A DNA stretch of 64,000 nt from Amoeboaphelidium protococcarum X5. Its lineage: Eukaryota > Fungi > Aphelidiomycota. The translations under genes and the position numbers were made by a program. Location: the NCBI GenBank assembly GCA_023515725.1, contig JALDTO010000266.1:1633608-1697607 (forward strand), given 5' to 3'. Positions within the stretch are counted from its first letter, which is position 1, and each line of letters starts with the position of its first letter. This document shows positions 38,798-51,110 of the stretch, piece by piece. Under the pieces are notes generated by a model, which worked only from the letters and a program-made list of their open reading frames with translations, was not told where the DNA came from and searched no databases.

Positions 38798-40713
38798 TCA
38801 CGGCGTTGTCAAATCGTATGATGTGACATTCAGCTCAGAGATGGACGTTCTGATAAGCTAATTGAGGTATGCCATCTTTTGGCTAACAGATTTCATGCCG
38901 GATATCTCGCGCAGAATGTTAAGCACTTGATGTTAAATTTAATCTTGCGATAGAATAGCAGGCTCACACAGATTGGCTGTATAAGGCCAACATTCCATCC
39001 ACTTCTTGACTTGGTTGATGAAATATTTGCTGGCAGAGGCAGATTAGTTGGCAGGACATGCAGTTACACAAACCAGTTGGTCTTGAAACGAGAACTAGAA
39101 GCCTTCCTTTGCCATGAACTGTTAAAATTGATTATCGCAATTGATTAATTACATGCAATCCCACAGCTCCGGTTCAATGTCTTCCTTTTTAATTACGATA
39201 GAACACGGTTATATATCAGGAATCTTCAGATTAGAGCCATAATGTTAAAATTACTAAGTCAACAGGTCGCTAGTTTCGCAGCACGTTATCTTCTAACTAC
39301 TTTGCTTAATTACCACAAATTCATTAAAGGTTCCCACAATTTGTTACGGACTATTGCTAACTTCTTCAGAATAAAGATTTTCCAAGTAGCTGCAACATTA
39401 AGTCTCCAACTAATTAGCATTTATAGTCAATGTTTGAGATGAGGCGGCTGGAACGCTTTAAGGAGTTTAGCCGACGCGAGGAGAAGCAACTTCAACATCC
39501 ACAGACATAATGGCGTCAACAATCGAATTTTAATGAACAGGCTGCTTAGATTACGAATTTCTGCGATATTGTACAATATTGGTCTGAATCGCGTCGACCA
39601 CCAATTTCTCCACAGCGTCTTGATCATGAAACAACACAGACTCTTTGGAGGGATCAAGATTAATGTCAAACGCATCAAGCGGAACTTGAAACTATGCTAC
39701 AATGAATAACTTGCGTGTCACATTGAACTGATCGTCAACTAATTTGTATTATTCACGTAAAATCTTAGGAACGAACGGCATATCAACTGGGCGCCCATTC
39801 AAGTAGACAAAATGAGCATCTTCTGCCTTCGTTTTACTTACAACAGATGGAGTAGAGTCAAACTTTGGAATATACAGATCAACTTTATAGCAACCAGACT
39901 ACACGCTAATAGAATGAGAGATATTAGCCATGTGATAACTGAGCAGAGGACCATTGATCAGCTTCAATGCATTTTGCAGAGAGGGAACCACTGGACGCGT
40001 GACAACTTTTTTAGACAGTTGCTTGTTGCTGTGCATGAATTTCAAACTGAATTTCACACCGTGATGACACACCCAGTAATGATCAATTAGATTCTGTATT
40101 TACTGTGGAACATTCTGTCGATGTTTATAAGCTTCTTGGCGTCTCACGGGCAGGTTGAAAAGCAATTACTCAACAACTACCGATGTACCAGTATTCATCG
40201 CAACACTTTCATACTCGCGTTTACCATTCGAAATCACACAACTCCTGCCAACAGTCTCAGATGCAAGTTTTGAGCTAATTTACAACAATTTGCAACAATT
40301 AGAGATTGCATGCAGAGCTTCACCACGAAAGCCAAAAGTTGAAACGTGTTTCAGATCTTCAGCGCGTCTCATCTTTGAGGTACAACTTGGCTTGGCTATA
40401 TCATTTAGACATTCAATACCAATGCCATTATCAGTAATCTACAGGGTATACGTGTCTCTTTGAATTAAAATTAAAAATATATCAATAAATGTACTTTTAT
40501 GGACTCAAAGCCAAAATCAACCAATTCAATATCAACTAATGACGCGTTTGCATCCAGAGAGTTTCTACAAACTAGAGCTTAAATCTTTACGAATGATCAT
40601 AACGCGGCCAAAACTTACTCAATGAGTTCTTTGAGAGTAGACTTTATGTTCAGAACTATCTGACTTGATTATATTTTGTCTGCCACAGAGTTGCCGAGTT
40701 GTTTGATGTTCAT
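38798..40713 (-). CDS. MutL-family mismatch repair protein, human PMS1 / yeast Mlh2-like (2 introns)
   Basis: MNIKQL..SSQIV..LKELIENSLDANA..ITDNGIGI..TSK..TFGFRGEAL..GTSVVVEQLLFNLPVRR..FVYLNGRPV..DINLDPSK. Confidence 0.88.
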
Positions 40714-40842
40714 AGCTGGCTGAAGTTTTAGTGCTGGTAGTGGTTGTGAAACAAAGTGAACAAAGAGCGAATGCGATAAAACTAAACTATCTACTGTATT
40801 TGTACACACACCTATAACTGAGATGATACCGTCCAGAGATAA

Positions 40843-41313
40843 TCAATTCATATTCTACAAATGGAATGCAATATCTTCATCTAATTCTCTATCAAAATTT
40901 CGACTGCCTCTACCACCACCACCTTGACCACCAGATTTACCAGATCCGTTCTAATGCTTTTCTGCAGACCGTTTGGCATACTTGGCATTCCTACGTCGCT
41001 CCTTTGCAATTTCCTGTGCAATCTTACTCAGCCGCCCATTCTCAATAAAATCCAGTTTCTCTGTCAATCGTTTACGTGCAATCTTTCTGTTCTATTCCCT
41101 ACTTCGCGTATCATGGCAATTTATACGTATCCCAGATGGGAGGTGATGCAACTGGACACAGTTATTGGTCTTTTGCATAGCCTGTCCGCCGTGTCCACTA
41201 CCAACCACAAATTTCTCTACAATATCTCGCTCATCTATTTCAATCTTCTTTTTCAAAGCATTACTGCTATTTGCCGCGTATCTCAGAGTATTTCTAATAA
41301 TTTGGAAAATCAT
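40843..41313 (-). CDS. MTRFR: Mitochondrial peptidyl-tRNA rescue release factor (RF-1 GGQ domain, C12orf65/MTRFR-like; 156 aa)
   Basis: EKFVVGSGHGGQAMQKTNNCVQLHHLPSGIRINCHDTRSRE(TAG=Q)NRKIARKRL plus a basic tail. Confidence 0.85.
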
Positions 41314-41443
41314 TTCATCATTCCTCGATCAGATCAAAGACAAGTGAAGAAGAAAAGGAGGAAAAGATATAAACTCTGCAATAAATCCCACCAATTAATT
41401 CATGATTAAACAAAAACATTTAATAAACAATAAAACGACTAAA

Positions 41444-42955
41444 TCACATTCTAATGATTTTCTAGGGAATACGCTCAGACATTGTGAATCTCTTGTGATC
41501 TACAGAGTGCTTACGATTAGCTTCCTGCAATTCTCGCATGTACCGCTCCTCTGTTCGCGCTTTCATCACTGCAGCATCTTCCCTCATTTTGGTCAGAGTT
41601 TCCAGGTATTTCTACTTCAAAGTCTTGATCTCACTTTCATGCTACTCCAACAGAGTATTGATATCGGATTGATGTTATTACCGGATGTGTGAAAGATCGT
41701 ATTAAACATTTTTCAGTTACTTATGGACTTTGACAAGATCAGATGCCTACTACTGATACCGCACTCTATGCTTCTTTTCATATTCAATCTTCTGCTTTAG
41801 TGTATCAATCACTCTTTTGTACTCGGCTTTCAACTGATCCACAGCATCCTCGTAAGCTTACGTACATTTACTCTTTATTCGCTATATAGTCTCACTTCCA
41901 TCGCGCTTAGTTTGATGCAACTCGGCGTTGATATCCGATATCTGAGAATCTTTCAGTTCCAGCATTGTTCGCAAACTACTTAACTACTGTAAAGACTCTT
42001 CATGCTTAATCTTGACACTAAGCAAATCTTTAGACAGTGCCTCATTACGCGATGTAAGCTATCGCACCTGATCTTCCAGAGTCAAAATACGATCAGCCTT
42101 GATGACAACATCCTATTACAGTTTCATGTATGTCTAATCATCAGTCTGAGAGTACTGGGAAATCTATGCCGACTAGCTCTTTTATTCACGCAAGCTTTAC
42201 CTGAGTAATTACTAATCTTTAGAATCAATCTGCAACTATAATCTATCAATGACACCTTCATATTCGGCTTTAAGTAACTTTAACTGACGCTCATTCTCGT
42301 TGCGTAAATGCTATTCCACCTGCAGAATCTTCACTTCAACCTCACTGGCCATCTAGGCTCGTCGATCCTACTACAGCGCATCATACTTATCCTAGAGGGA
42401 ATACAATTTAGAATTAAGATTTGCATTCTCAGCATTAATCTTTTCATTTTCAGCTTGCAATTACTAGATTTATAGCTGTAGATCGAAAAGGCTTTACTAA
42501 TTCTATACGGCAGATTATTCCCCGTGGTGATAATCAAACTAGACGCCTATCCGCGGGAAGGTGATATCGTTCAGTTGCAAACTTCTCTCATAATTCTAAT
42601 GATGATGATTAGGCTGTTGATAATCAAATTAAGATGTCTCTGTTGGAAGAGAAGACCGTTCTGGAATAGTGTCCAATATGTGAGGTGACGTGACTGCATT
42701 TAATGACTTTCGAAGCTACTCAAACTGTTTATCCAACTCATCATCCTCATTATCCGCATGTTTATTCAAAGATTCATACTATGATACATCAACATGAATA
42801 TCATCCAAATTAAACTCTGTATATCCATCTCCATTCCCGATTGACTCATTAGTTGGATGGTGGTCCACTACTTACTACATTGAATCAAGTCCATTCTCCA
42901 ACTCCTTCTCATCAAACGTGAAATCATTCAGAGTTTACAATTCATTTTTATTCAT
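41444..42955 (-). CDS. Long coiled-coil protein (503 aa), possibly centrosomal
   Basis: Intronless TAR=Q ORF with an acidic N-terminus, a heptad-rich Q/E/K/L body and C-terminal LKQKYLETLTKMRED. Confidence 0.7.
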
Positions 42956-43170
42956 AATTTCTCAATATAACTACGGTAAGCAGATATTATCTACTATACT
43001 ATAGTGCGTCGACAAAGCTAAGTGTAATATTAGAATACAAGTCTTTCATAAGAACGAAGAAAGAAATAACATCACGGAGAATTTACACTCGAAGATCAAG
43101 TAACGTCCAATGTTCTTGTAATAAAGACAGAAGGTACAAAGTACGTGACTAGAAATTTCTTAAATCCTTA

Positions 43171-44957
43171 TCACATTCTAAATACACCAAATTTAGTGTC
43201 TCTTATTGGAGCATTGAGTGAGGCACTTAAAGCAACCGCCAGAACGGAACGAGTGTCCTGAGGTGCAATGATGCCGTCATCCCAAAGCCTGGCCGAGGAA
43301 TAGTATGGCCTGGCTTCATGGTCATACTTGTCGGCGATTGGCTTCTTGAACTCCATCTCTTCCCCCTCACTCCACTGCTCGCCCTTCTTCTTCTTGGCAT
43401 CCCGTTTGATGGTGGCTAGAACATTGGACGCCTACTCTCCGCCCATTACACCAATTCTAGAATTCGGCCACATCCACATGAATCGAGGAGAGTAAGCACG
43501 TCCACACATTCCGTAATTACCAGCACCGTATGAAGCTCCAATGACCACAGTAAATTTCGGAACTTGAGAACAAGACACAGCATTCACCATCTTGGAACCA
43601 TTCTTGGCAATTCCCTCCCTCTCAGCCTTGCTACCCACCATGAAGCCGGTGATATTCTACAAAAAGACTAGCGGAATCTTGCGCTAACTACACAGCTCAA
43701 TAAAATGAGCTCCTTTCAGTGCACTCTCTGAGAATAGAATTCCATTATTGGCCACTATACCAACAGGCATTCCATGAATATGAGCAAATCCAGTAACCAA
43801 AGATTGACCGTACAACGGCTTAAACTCTTGAAACACAGATCCATCCACCAGACGTGCAATCACCTGCTTCACGTCAAAAGTCTTTTTAAGGTTGTCCCCC
43901 ACTATACCGCCCAGTTCACTGCTAGAGTACAGAGGTTACTTGAAGTGCTGTTTGATATCCATCTAGCTCATGACTCTCTGCTTTCCATTAGCGTTCAGGG
44001 ATGCCACAATTCTCCTACCGATATTGATGGCATCTTCATCATTCTGAGCGTAATGATCAGTGACGCCGCTGGTGCGACAATGCAAGTCTGCGCCACCCAA
44101 TTCTTCGGCGCTGATGACTTCGCCCGTTGCCGCTTGCACCAGAGGAGGTCCGGCAAGGAAGATAGTACCCTATTACTTGACAATAACACTCTCATCAGCC
44201 ATTGCAGGCACGTAAGCTCCACCTGCAGTACAACTTCCCATCACTAGAGCCACTTAACTAATACCTTGAGCACTCATATTAGCCATGTTGTAAAAGATAC
44301 GTCCAAAATGGTCTCTATCTGGGAAAACATCAGCCTGACGAGGAAGATTAGCACCGCCACTGTCCACCATGTACACACAAGGCAGCCTGTTCTCCAGAGC
44401 AATCTCCTACGCACGAAGATGCTTCTTCACTGTAATAGGATAGTACGAACCACCCTTCACAGTGCAGTCATTTGCCACAATCATCACATCTTTGCCCATA
44501 ACACGTCCAATCCCCGTGATTATGCCACCAGCTGCAACTTGCTCTTCATACAATTCATGTCCAGCCAGTTGACTCAGCTCAAGAAATGGAGAATTCGGAT
44601 CCAGAAGTCTTTCAACTCTATCCCTTGGCAGAAGTTTGTTTCGAGACACATGACGCTTCCTAGCACTTTCACCCCCGCCTACACTTGCCAATTAGGGAAG
44701 AAATCACGATTAGATCACAAACGTAAAGACAAATTAAGCTTACCAAGTTTAACAGTCTCCACCTGGTCATGAAGTTCCCTAACAAGTTCATTCATTCTCT
44801 GCTGATTCTCTTTAAATTCTGGAGAGGTGATGTCCACACTATTAGGAATGACATTAGACTAATCTTCACCATGGTACAGAGAGCCAACTCTTCTGTTGAC
44901 ACTTTTCAAATTAATTAACTTGTGCTTATTAGGAATCCTCTACACCAAGTTGAACAT
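43171..44957 (-). CDS. MCCC2: 3-methylcrotonyl-CoA carboxylase beta subunit (1 intron)
   Basis: [102 protein letters not shown]. Confidence 0.97.
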
Positions 44958-45910
44958 TGTCTAGTACGCCTTATTAGATCTCTAACGTGCTCAAAGCAAA
45001 TACAGCAGATACAGAGGAAGAACGAGAGAAAGGAAGAAGCTAAGAAGGCGTGCGCGAGACTGTGAAAGACGAATTCCCACGCTCGCGTTTCAGAAAGAGC
45101 TTTCACATGAGACTTGTGTTCACTACATTTTAATTCTGTTGGATCGGCAAAAATTCATAATGTATGGCGTTTGAATGAGAAGTGATTGGAATCGAATGAA
45201 CGCTGATTGTCCTCAACAGAGTAATTATTTTGATTTAGGCAACTTTATATAGGCGAAACTGCCAATTACAGTTCAGCAGAGTATATGTGCTGAGACCAGA
45301 TTGCAAGTGACGCACGAGCTTCGCTAGCGCCTTTTGTAAATAAATATATGAGAAATTTACTTGCCACAGAGACTATTGTGGAAACCCAAGAGTCTTGAAT
45401 CTTATAAAGAAGTTGTGTTGGACTCTGATTCTCGCAAAAGTGTGCAACTAGTTAACAGAACCTGATAAAATCTGGTTAGTGAGAGCTGGGCTTATCGAGG
45501 TGTCTTCTAGAGTCTCGATCAATGAGTCTTCCATTTCCTAAAGGTGTTGAGTAAATACTGTAAGATGGACAAAAAAGGATGCGCTACCATGTAAAACAAC
45601 ATTTGGTACAGTTTTTCTTCACAGGTCGCAGAGGGATAATTTATATTTTTATTATCCCTGTTGCTATTATTCTATCCAGAGCGCAGTTACTTCTGCTACT
45701 TTCTTCAATCGTCCCGTGTAGGTAGTGAAATTGAGCTGAATTGAATTCTTCTCACGTTCTTTCCCTCTTGAGACATTTACTCTTTGTTCCTCAATCAGTG
45801 TGGCTTATTTTGTTACTCTATACAGTGCATTGTAGAGTAGTTGACTATCCGAGTGAAAAGTTCTTTATATCTAATCTGCATAAGTATATATTAATTTCTA
45901 GTAAAGGAAA

Positions 45911-47326
45911 ATGTCTAATCTGGTTTAATAATTAGATAGTGTGATCAGTGGGGGTTTGAAGCAGTAGAAGCGTACACAATTGTAGACGATGATTGATATG
46001 GCATGTGACATTTAGCATCCTGAACCTGATCTGGGACTTAATCTTGAGATTGTTGATTTGATTAATTAAAAGTAAAAGAATCTGCCGCATGAAGCCGCTA
46101 TGACGATTGTAGAGTATGTAAACAGCAGAGATACTCATTAGAGCATGCTGGCTCTTTCACTTTTGGACTAGTGTGTGAAGAACTGCGGCTTCCCATTCCA
46201 CTTGCAGATTAGCACTAAAGATTTTCTGAATGAGTTTGTTCGAAGATTTCCTGAGCGTCCGCCTGCTAATAGAACTGCTGTCTAAGAGCGCATTTTGGAG
46301 CAGATTCAGTTGTGGAATTATGGCATCTTTGAGGTGAGCAAGTACCGTCAAGACCTCGTACACATCAATGATATGTATCGACTCTTGAAGAGGAAGGGCT
46401 ATACTTTCCCGTAAGTTCGATAAGAAGCCGCTTAGTTATTTGCCGGTACACCGTCATCCATACTGAGTAATAATGCGTTAAAGACTCGTGATGAGTTGGA
46501 GAATGAGGATAGAATGGTGTAGAGTGCGAAATTGCAGGAGCTTGTTCGTCGCGGTACACCTGCTGACTTGGCACAGGCTAACGAACTCATGAAAGTAATG
46601 GCTGGCTATTATCATGATAAAATTCCAGATTACTCGACTCAATAGAATGAAATGTTGGAATCCGTGGAAGGGAATGGTAAGCGATTGTTGGAGAAGCTCA
46701 AAACTATCGCTCCAGGCATCCCAGCTGTGGGAGTGCAGGTTGCATTGATTGACAATAGGGAGCTTTAGGATATGCTGGCTGTGGTTAAGTCGGGACAGCC
46801 AAAGATTTTGAAATTGATTGAAGATGCCATGGCTGCAGGTGATTCTGAAGGAAATGTCAATACGGATCGTCTTTTGTACTTGAATGACATTTTGAACGAA
46901 GGTTTGAGAATTTATGAATAGTTGAAGAACAACCAGACTGTTGATTTTGGAAAGGTTTAGTCAATTATGCTGCATTCTAATGTTACATCGCCGGCATCTG
47001 TTAATTCCCAGGCTAAATAAGTTCCATAATAGTAGTAGAAGGTGCTGTCCCTTATCGATATGGGAGAAGATGATGATATTTTGGATCCTCTAGAAAGGAA
47101 GACTAGTGGTGGAGCGATATAACTTGGAAATGGGCCGATGTCCACCTAGTCATCAGTATAAGCTTAGTCTCCACCCAAAAAGTCTAGTGATCCGTTCGGT
47201 GAGCTGGCTGGACTTAATTTTGGAATGTCAAACTAAGTGCCTGCCTAGAATGCTTCATAAAATTCTAATAATGGGAAATTGAATTCATAATCAGGCCAAG
47301 CATCTCAATTTGATAGTTTGATATGA
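45911..47326 (+). CDS. GGA: GGA-type VHS-GAT adaptor protein (471 aa, no GAE ear seen)
   Basis: EPDLGLNLEIVDLIN..LLDQCVKNCGFPFHLQISTKDFLNEFVRRFPERPP..DMYRLLKRKGYTFP..SAKLQELVRRGTPADLAQANELMKVMAGY. Confidence 0.88.
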
Positions 47327-47629
47327 ATAGAGAAAATAATGTTACTTTTAGTAATACGTTCGCTTTCAATAAGTTAAATAATTTTGATACTTTTAATTAC
47401 TTGTTCATGTTTATAACATTTTCAACGAGACATACCAGCCAGACTTTATCCGTCGCTGTGCAACTGAGCAGCAGCAATCACTTGATTATAGCTTTTTACA
47501 AATCGATCGACACACGTGTGATTTTTGGTATTTCAACAACGGCCTATTTTCAAGTGGAGCTACATAGTATATCTAATCCGAGGCCGTGGATTCTGATAAT
47601 TAGTATTTAAAAAAAGAATACATCTCATA

Positions 47630-48868
47630 ATGATAATATCCGTAGTCCCTCTTCTGTGTGTACTATTTCTTTAAAGAACGATATCCTCGCCTATTCCTGG
47701 TGCTGGTGAAGGGTATCAAGTATAAAGTGTACCCACCCTAGCTGATGATGATATGACTGAAAGCGCGTTTTGGTGGCATACGGATCTCCCAGAGGACCGA
47801 TAGATAAAGGCATTGTAGTAAATTCATCCTAATTTGGCTATTGTCAGACGAGTCACTCCAAAGGCTTTGCTTCGTCGTGATGAACGAGATCTACATGATA
47901 TCACAGCCGTCAACAAGGCTAATGTACCCTAAATTATAATCGATCTTTTGTAAACGGGGGAGAATCATCGTGCTAGGAAGCTATGGGAAGATTATAATTA
48001 ATCGATAGAGTCATCGAATTAGCCGGAGTTACGCGATGAAATTTGTGGACATGGTGATGGCGAGTTTATCCAGTCGTTGCTGATGACTCTCCGAAATGCT
48101 GATGATGATATCTCGCGATTTAATTACATTTTCTAATGTTGGTTATCTGCTATTGACTAGAAGAATGACCGCGATTCATTTTAAGCTATTTTATAGTCTG
48201 TGAAAGGGTAGGAAGATCTTATTTTACAACTGTTGAGACAGACAGCTATTTACGGCGGAGAGGGCGAATTTTCGTATGTAATTACACTGCTAAAAGATGA
48301 CATTCTGCAAAAGACATGGGCTAAATTACCACCAATTATAATGGAATTTTAACCATCTGATGATACTAAGGCTACTTATTTAGAAATATTTATAGATGCC
48401 AAATTAGTCACTGATCCCAGACTCTATCACAAAGTTATAGTGGGGATATGGGAGAAAGCGTTTCATTGGATGAACGCGTCCGTGTGGAAATACGTGTCGC
48501 ATTCTGCGGAATTGCGGAGAGATGTTACCGCAATGGTTGAAGGTCTGCGGGCTGCCATGACTTAAGGCAACGTCAACCTTATCAACGGTATGATTATAGG
48601 TGGCTAATTGACAGAAACAAGTTGGCATACTTTGTTGCTAGATATTGCCCATGGTGTTGATAGTTGGAAGTCATTTGCTTACATGGTTCATTGCCCAGTG
48701 AGGACATTGAAGAATCTGAGATTTTTAGCCAAGGACGTGAATGCTTTTCTACACAGTATATAGCAAGGGAAAACATTCGTGGATTACTCACAATATCTAT
48801 AACCACATGTATTCAGTAATGGCCCTCCGATTTGTTACAAATTAGTGCATAAAGACGATTTTTATTGA
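47630..48868 (+). CDS. Putative secreted orphan protein (412 aa)
   Basis: Intronless TAR=Q ORF; N-terminus MIISVVPLLCVLFLQRTISSPIP is signal-peptide-like. A paralog lies at 50507. Confidence 0.75.
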
Positions 48869-49642
48869 TCATGTCTCGGACTTATAAGTGTCCTTGATTG
48901 GTTCAATGCCTAAAGTTGATATGTCCATACGAGCTCACAACTTAAAAGTGTACTTTTATTAAATAGTAATAAATTAATAGATTAATGAACTGGTCCTTTG
49001 CCTAATTTTTTATCTTTGACACTTTCAGATGCTTTATTTATCAAAATTTAATTGACGTTTCAATATTTCAAGTTTTTGTTCATTTTTTTTGTATAGAGAA
49101 ACCCTATATTATAATGGTAATATGGAGGTATAAATTCTATCAGTCAATAGAGGAGGTTAAGAGCTATCCATCAATGTATAAATATCAATTTTATTCCAAC
49201 TTGAAGTGTGTATTGTATGCATATACAGTTTCGCAGTGGAATCACCATTTTTTGTGTCGGCATCGTCGCTCCCTTACGATCGCACCGGCAAAATATGAAT
49301 TATTGCAACATATGAATGTATAATCTTGTCCAATTGATTAACCTTACATCTTAGTTTGATCTTCCACTTTCCCTTTGCTATAGTAGCGCTATCTTTTTTC
49401 TTTGCAGTTTGTGTATAAAAATGGTCTCCGATAAATATTGGAAGCTCGCCGCATTGATTGAATAGAAGTGGCTTCTAGCCTTAAAGCGCACAATTTTTGC
49501 ACAATTATTTTGGGGTTTCTGTGAAGTGTAGTGTGCGCTGATTAGTAATGTTGTTCCCTTTGTTTATTGTACTGAAGGAGCTCAACCTGTAAAGTAATAA
49601 AAGCATTAAACTGGAATATTGCGTTATTCCCTTAGTTGGAGA

Positions 49643-49799
49643 CAGTAGCGTAGCCAGCTGTACGCTTGAGTACGCTCAGCGTACTCGCATTTTGAAGATG
49701 CTAAGCGTAATTACTAGGGAGAGGATTTTGTGAGGCCTTAATTTTAAAAAAAATTTGTGAGGCAAGCGTACTGTTGAAAAAAAGCTGGCTGCGCGCCTG
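49643..49799. mobile_element. Non-autonomous hAT-type MITE (157 bp)
   Basis: 17-bp imperfect TIRs CAGTAGCGTAGCCAGCT / AGCTGGCTGCGCGCCTG (14/17). Perfect 8-bp TSD GTTGGAGA at 49635-49642 and 49800-49807. Confidence 0.8.
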
Positions 49800-50506
49800 G
49801 TTGGAGATATAGAGTGTGCATTAGAATGCTTTTGCCAAACTGGTTTTGATGTCTAACCTATCTGGGGAATGATCAATGTGGTGTGATCAAAGGTTACTGA
49901 TGCCATCAATGTCTATAAAATGGTCTGATTAGTGGTTCTCTTGTTCTTCCGCAATCAAAGTTCAAGATTATGCCTGGCCTTAAGAATGCGCCCTGGATTG
50001 ACATCATTAATGCCACAATGTGCTATTAGCTACTTCTGCTATATATCAGCTAAGTTTATCCGTTAAATTTACATTATTACCGCCTTGCTTCATCTGCTGT
50101 TTGTGTAGGTTGCCGTAAAGATGCAATGTTTATTATATGCTGTTCTGTCATGTAATTCTCTCCTGTCCTGTATCTCCTGTGTCTCATCTGAATGTCTTTA
50201 ACGACCATGGGGCTCGCTGGGTACGAGATGTATCCGAAGTCTTTCTGTGCGACATCACTAATAATATTCAACTGGCAGGCACTTCACTGTATTAGATATT
50301 AATATTTGTGATTTGGACGCAACAGCCCTATGGGGGTCTCTTCAATCGAAGAGTGGGTCTTTAATTAGAATCCTAGTTACTGACTTAGTAAACAGTTGAT
50401 TTAGTGTTTGTCAAGGACTGACGGGCGAGTGGTTCACCAGCTCCCTTTCCTCTGGAAAGCCCATGTAAAAAAATAAAAGCACTAGGCATCGAGATGGTGC
50501 TTAGAA

Positions 50507-51007
50507 ATGGTTTCTCTATTGAAACACGATATTGATCAAAGTATATGGGCAAAATTGCCTTTGTTTATCATTACGCGTTCAGGTGATTTTTCTGGCAATT
50601 TCTAGGCTTTTTTAGATGCCAAGCCCGTTACTTCTGATCTAATCTACTAAAACATGTTGGTGGATATTTGGATGAGTACATTTCAATATTTGAACATCCC
50701 TGTATGGAAGTTTGTGGCCAGATCTCCGGAGTTACGGAATGTTGAAGCAATGTCTGATGGCCTTAAAGTTGGAATGCTAATGAGTAACTTGGAATTGATT
50801 TAAAGCTCCATCAGAAAAAAGTAAATAACATAGGAGAATTGGCGACAATATTTGCTTTAAATGGCACATAATGAAAATAGAGGTTGGGAATCATTTGCAT
50901 ATTTAGTAAATTGCCCTTTGACGACGGCGGATAGATGCCGTAATGTGATATAAAACGGCGAGCCGTTCATTGTTGTTACCGGTTGGACGCGTTATATTTC
51001 TTGCTGA
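50507..51007 (+). pseudogene. N-terminally truncated paralog of the 47630 secreted protein
   Basis: Aligns by eye with the C-terminal half of that protein: LLK.D...WAKLP, F.DAK.VT, IW...F...N..VWK.V..S.ELR, W.SFAY.V.CP. Confidence 0.75.
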
Positions 51008-51110
51008 CGTAGCACCATGTCAGGCTAATTGAAGGTAGTTTTTAGAAAGAACATTAAAAACGTTTAAAATGAAATAAAATTACTTCTATTTTACCGTGCT
51101 TAACTCAATA

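Noticed and set aside
45105-45590. ~160-codon TGA-free frame on the minus strand
   Set aside because: No motifs and no protein-like composition; expected by chance under a single-stop code.
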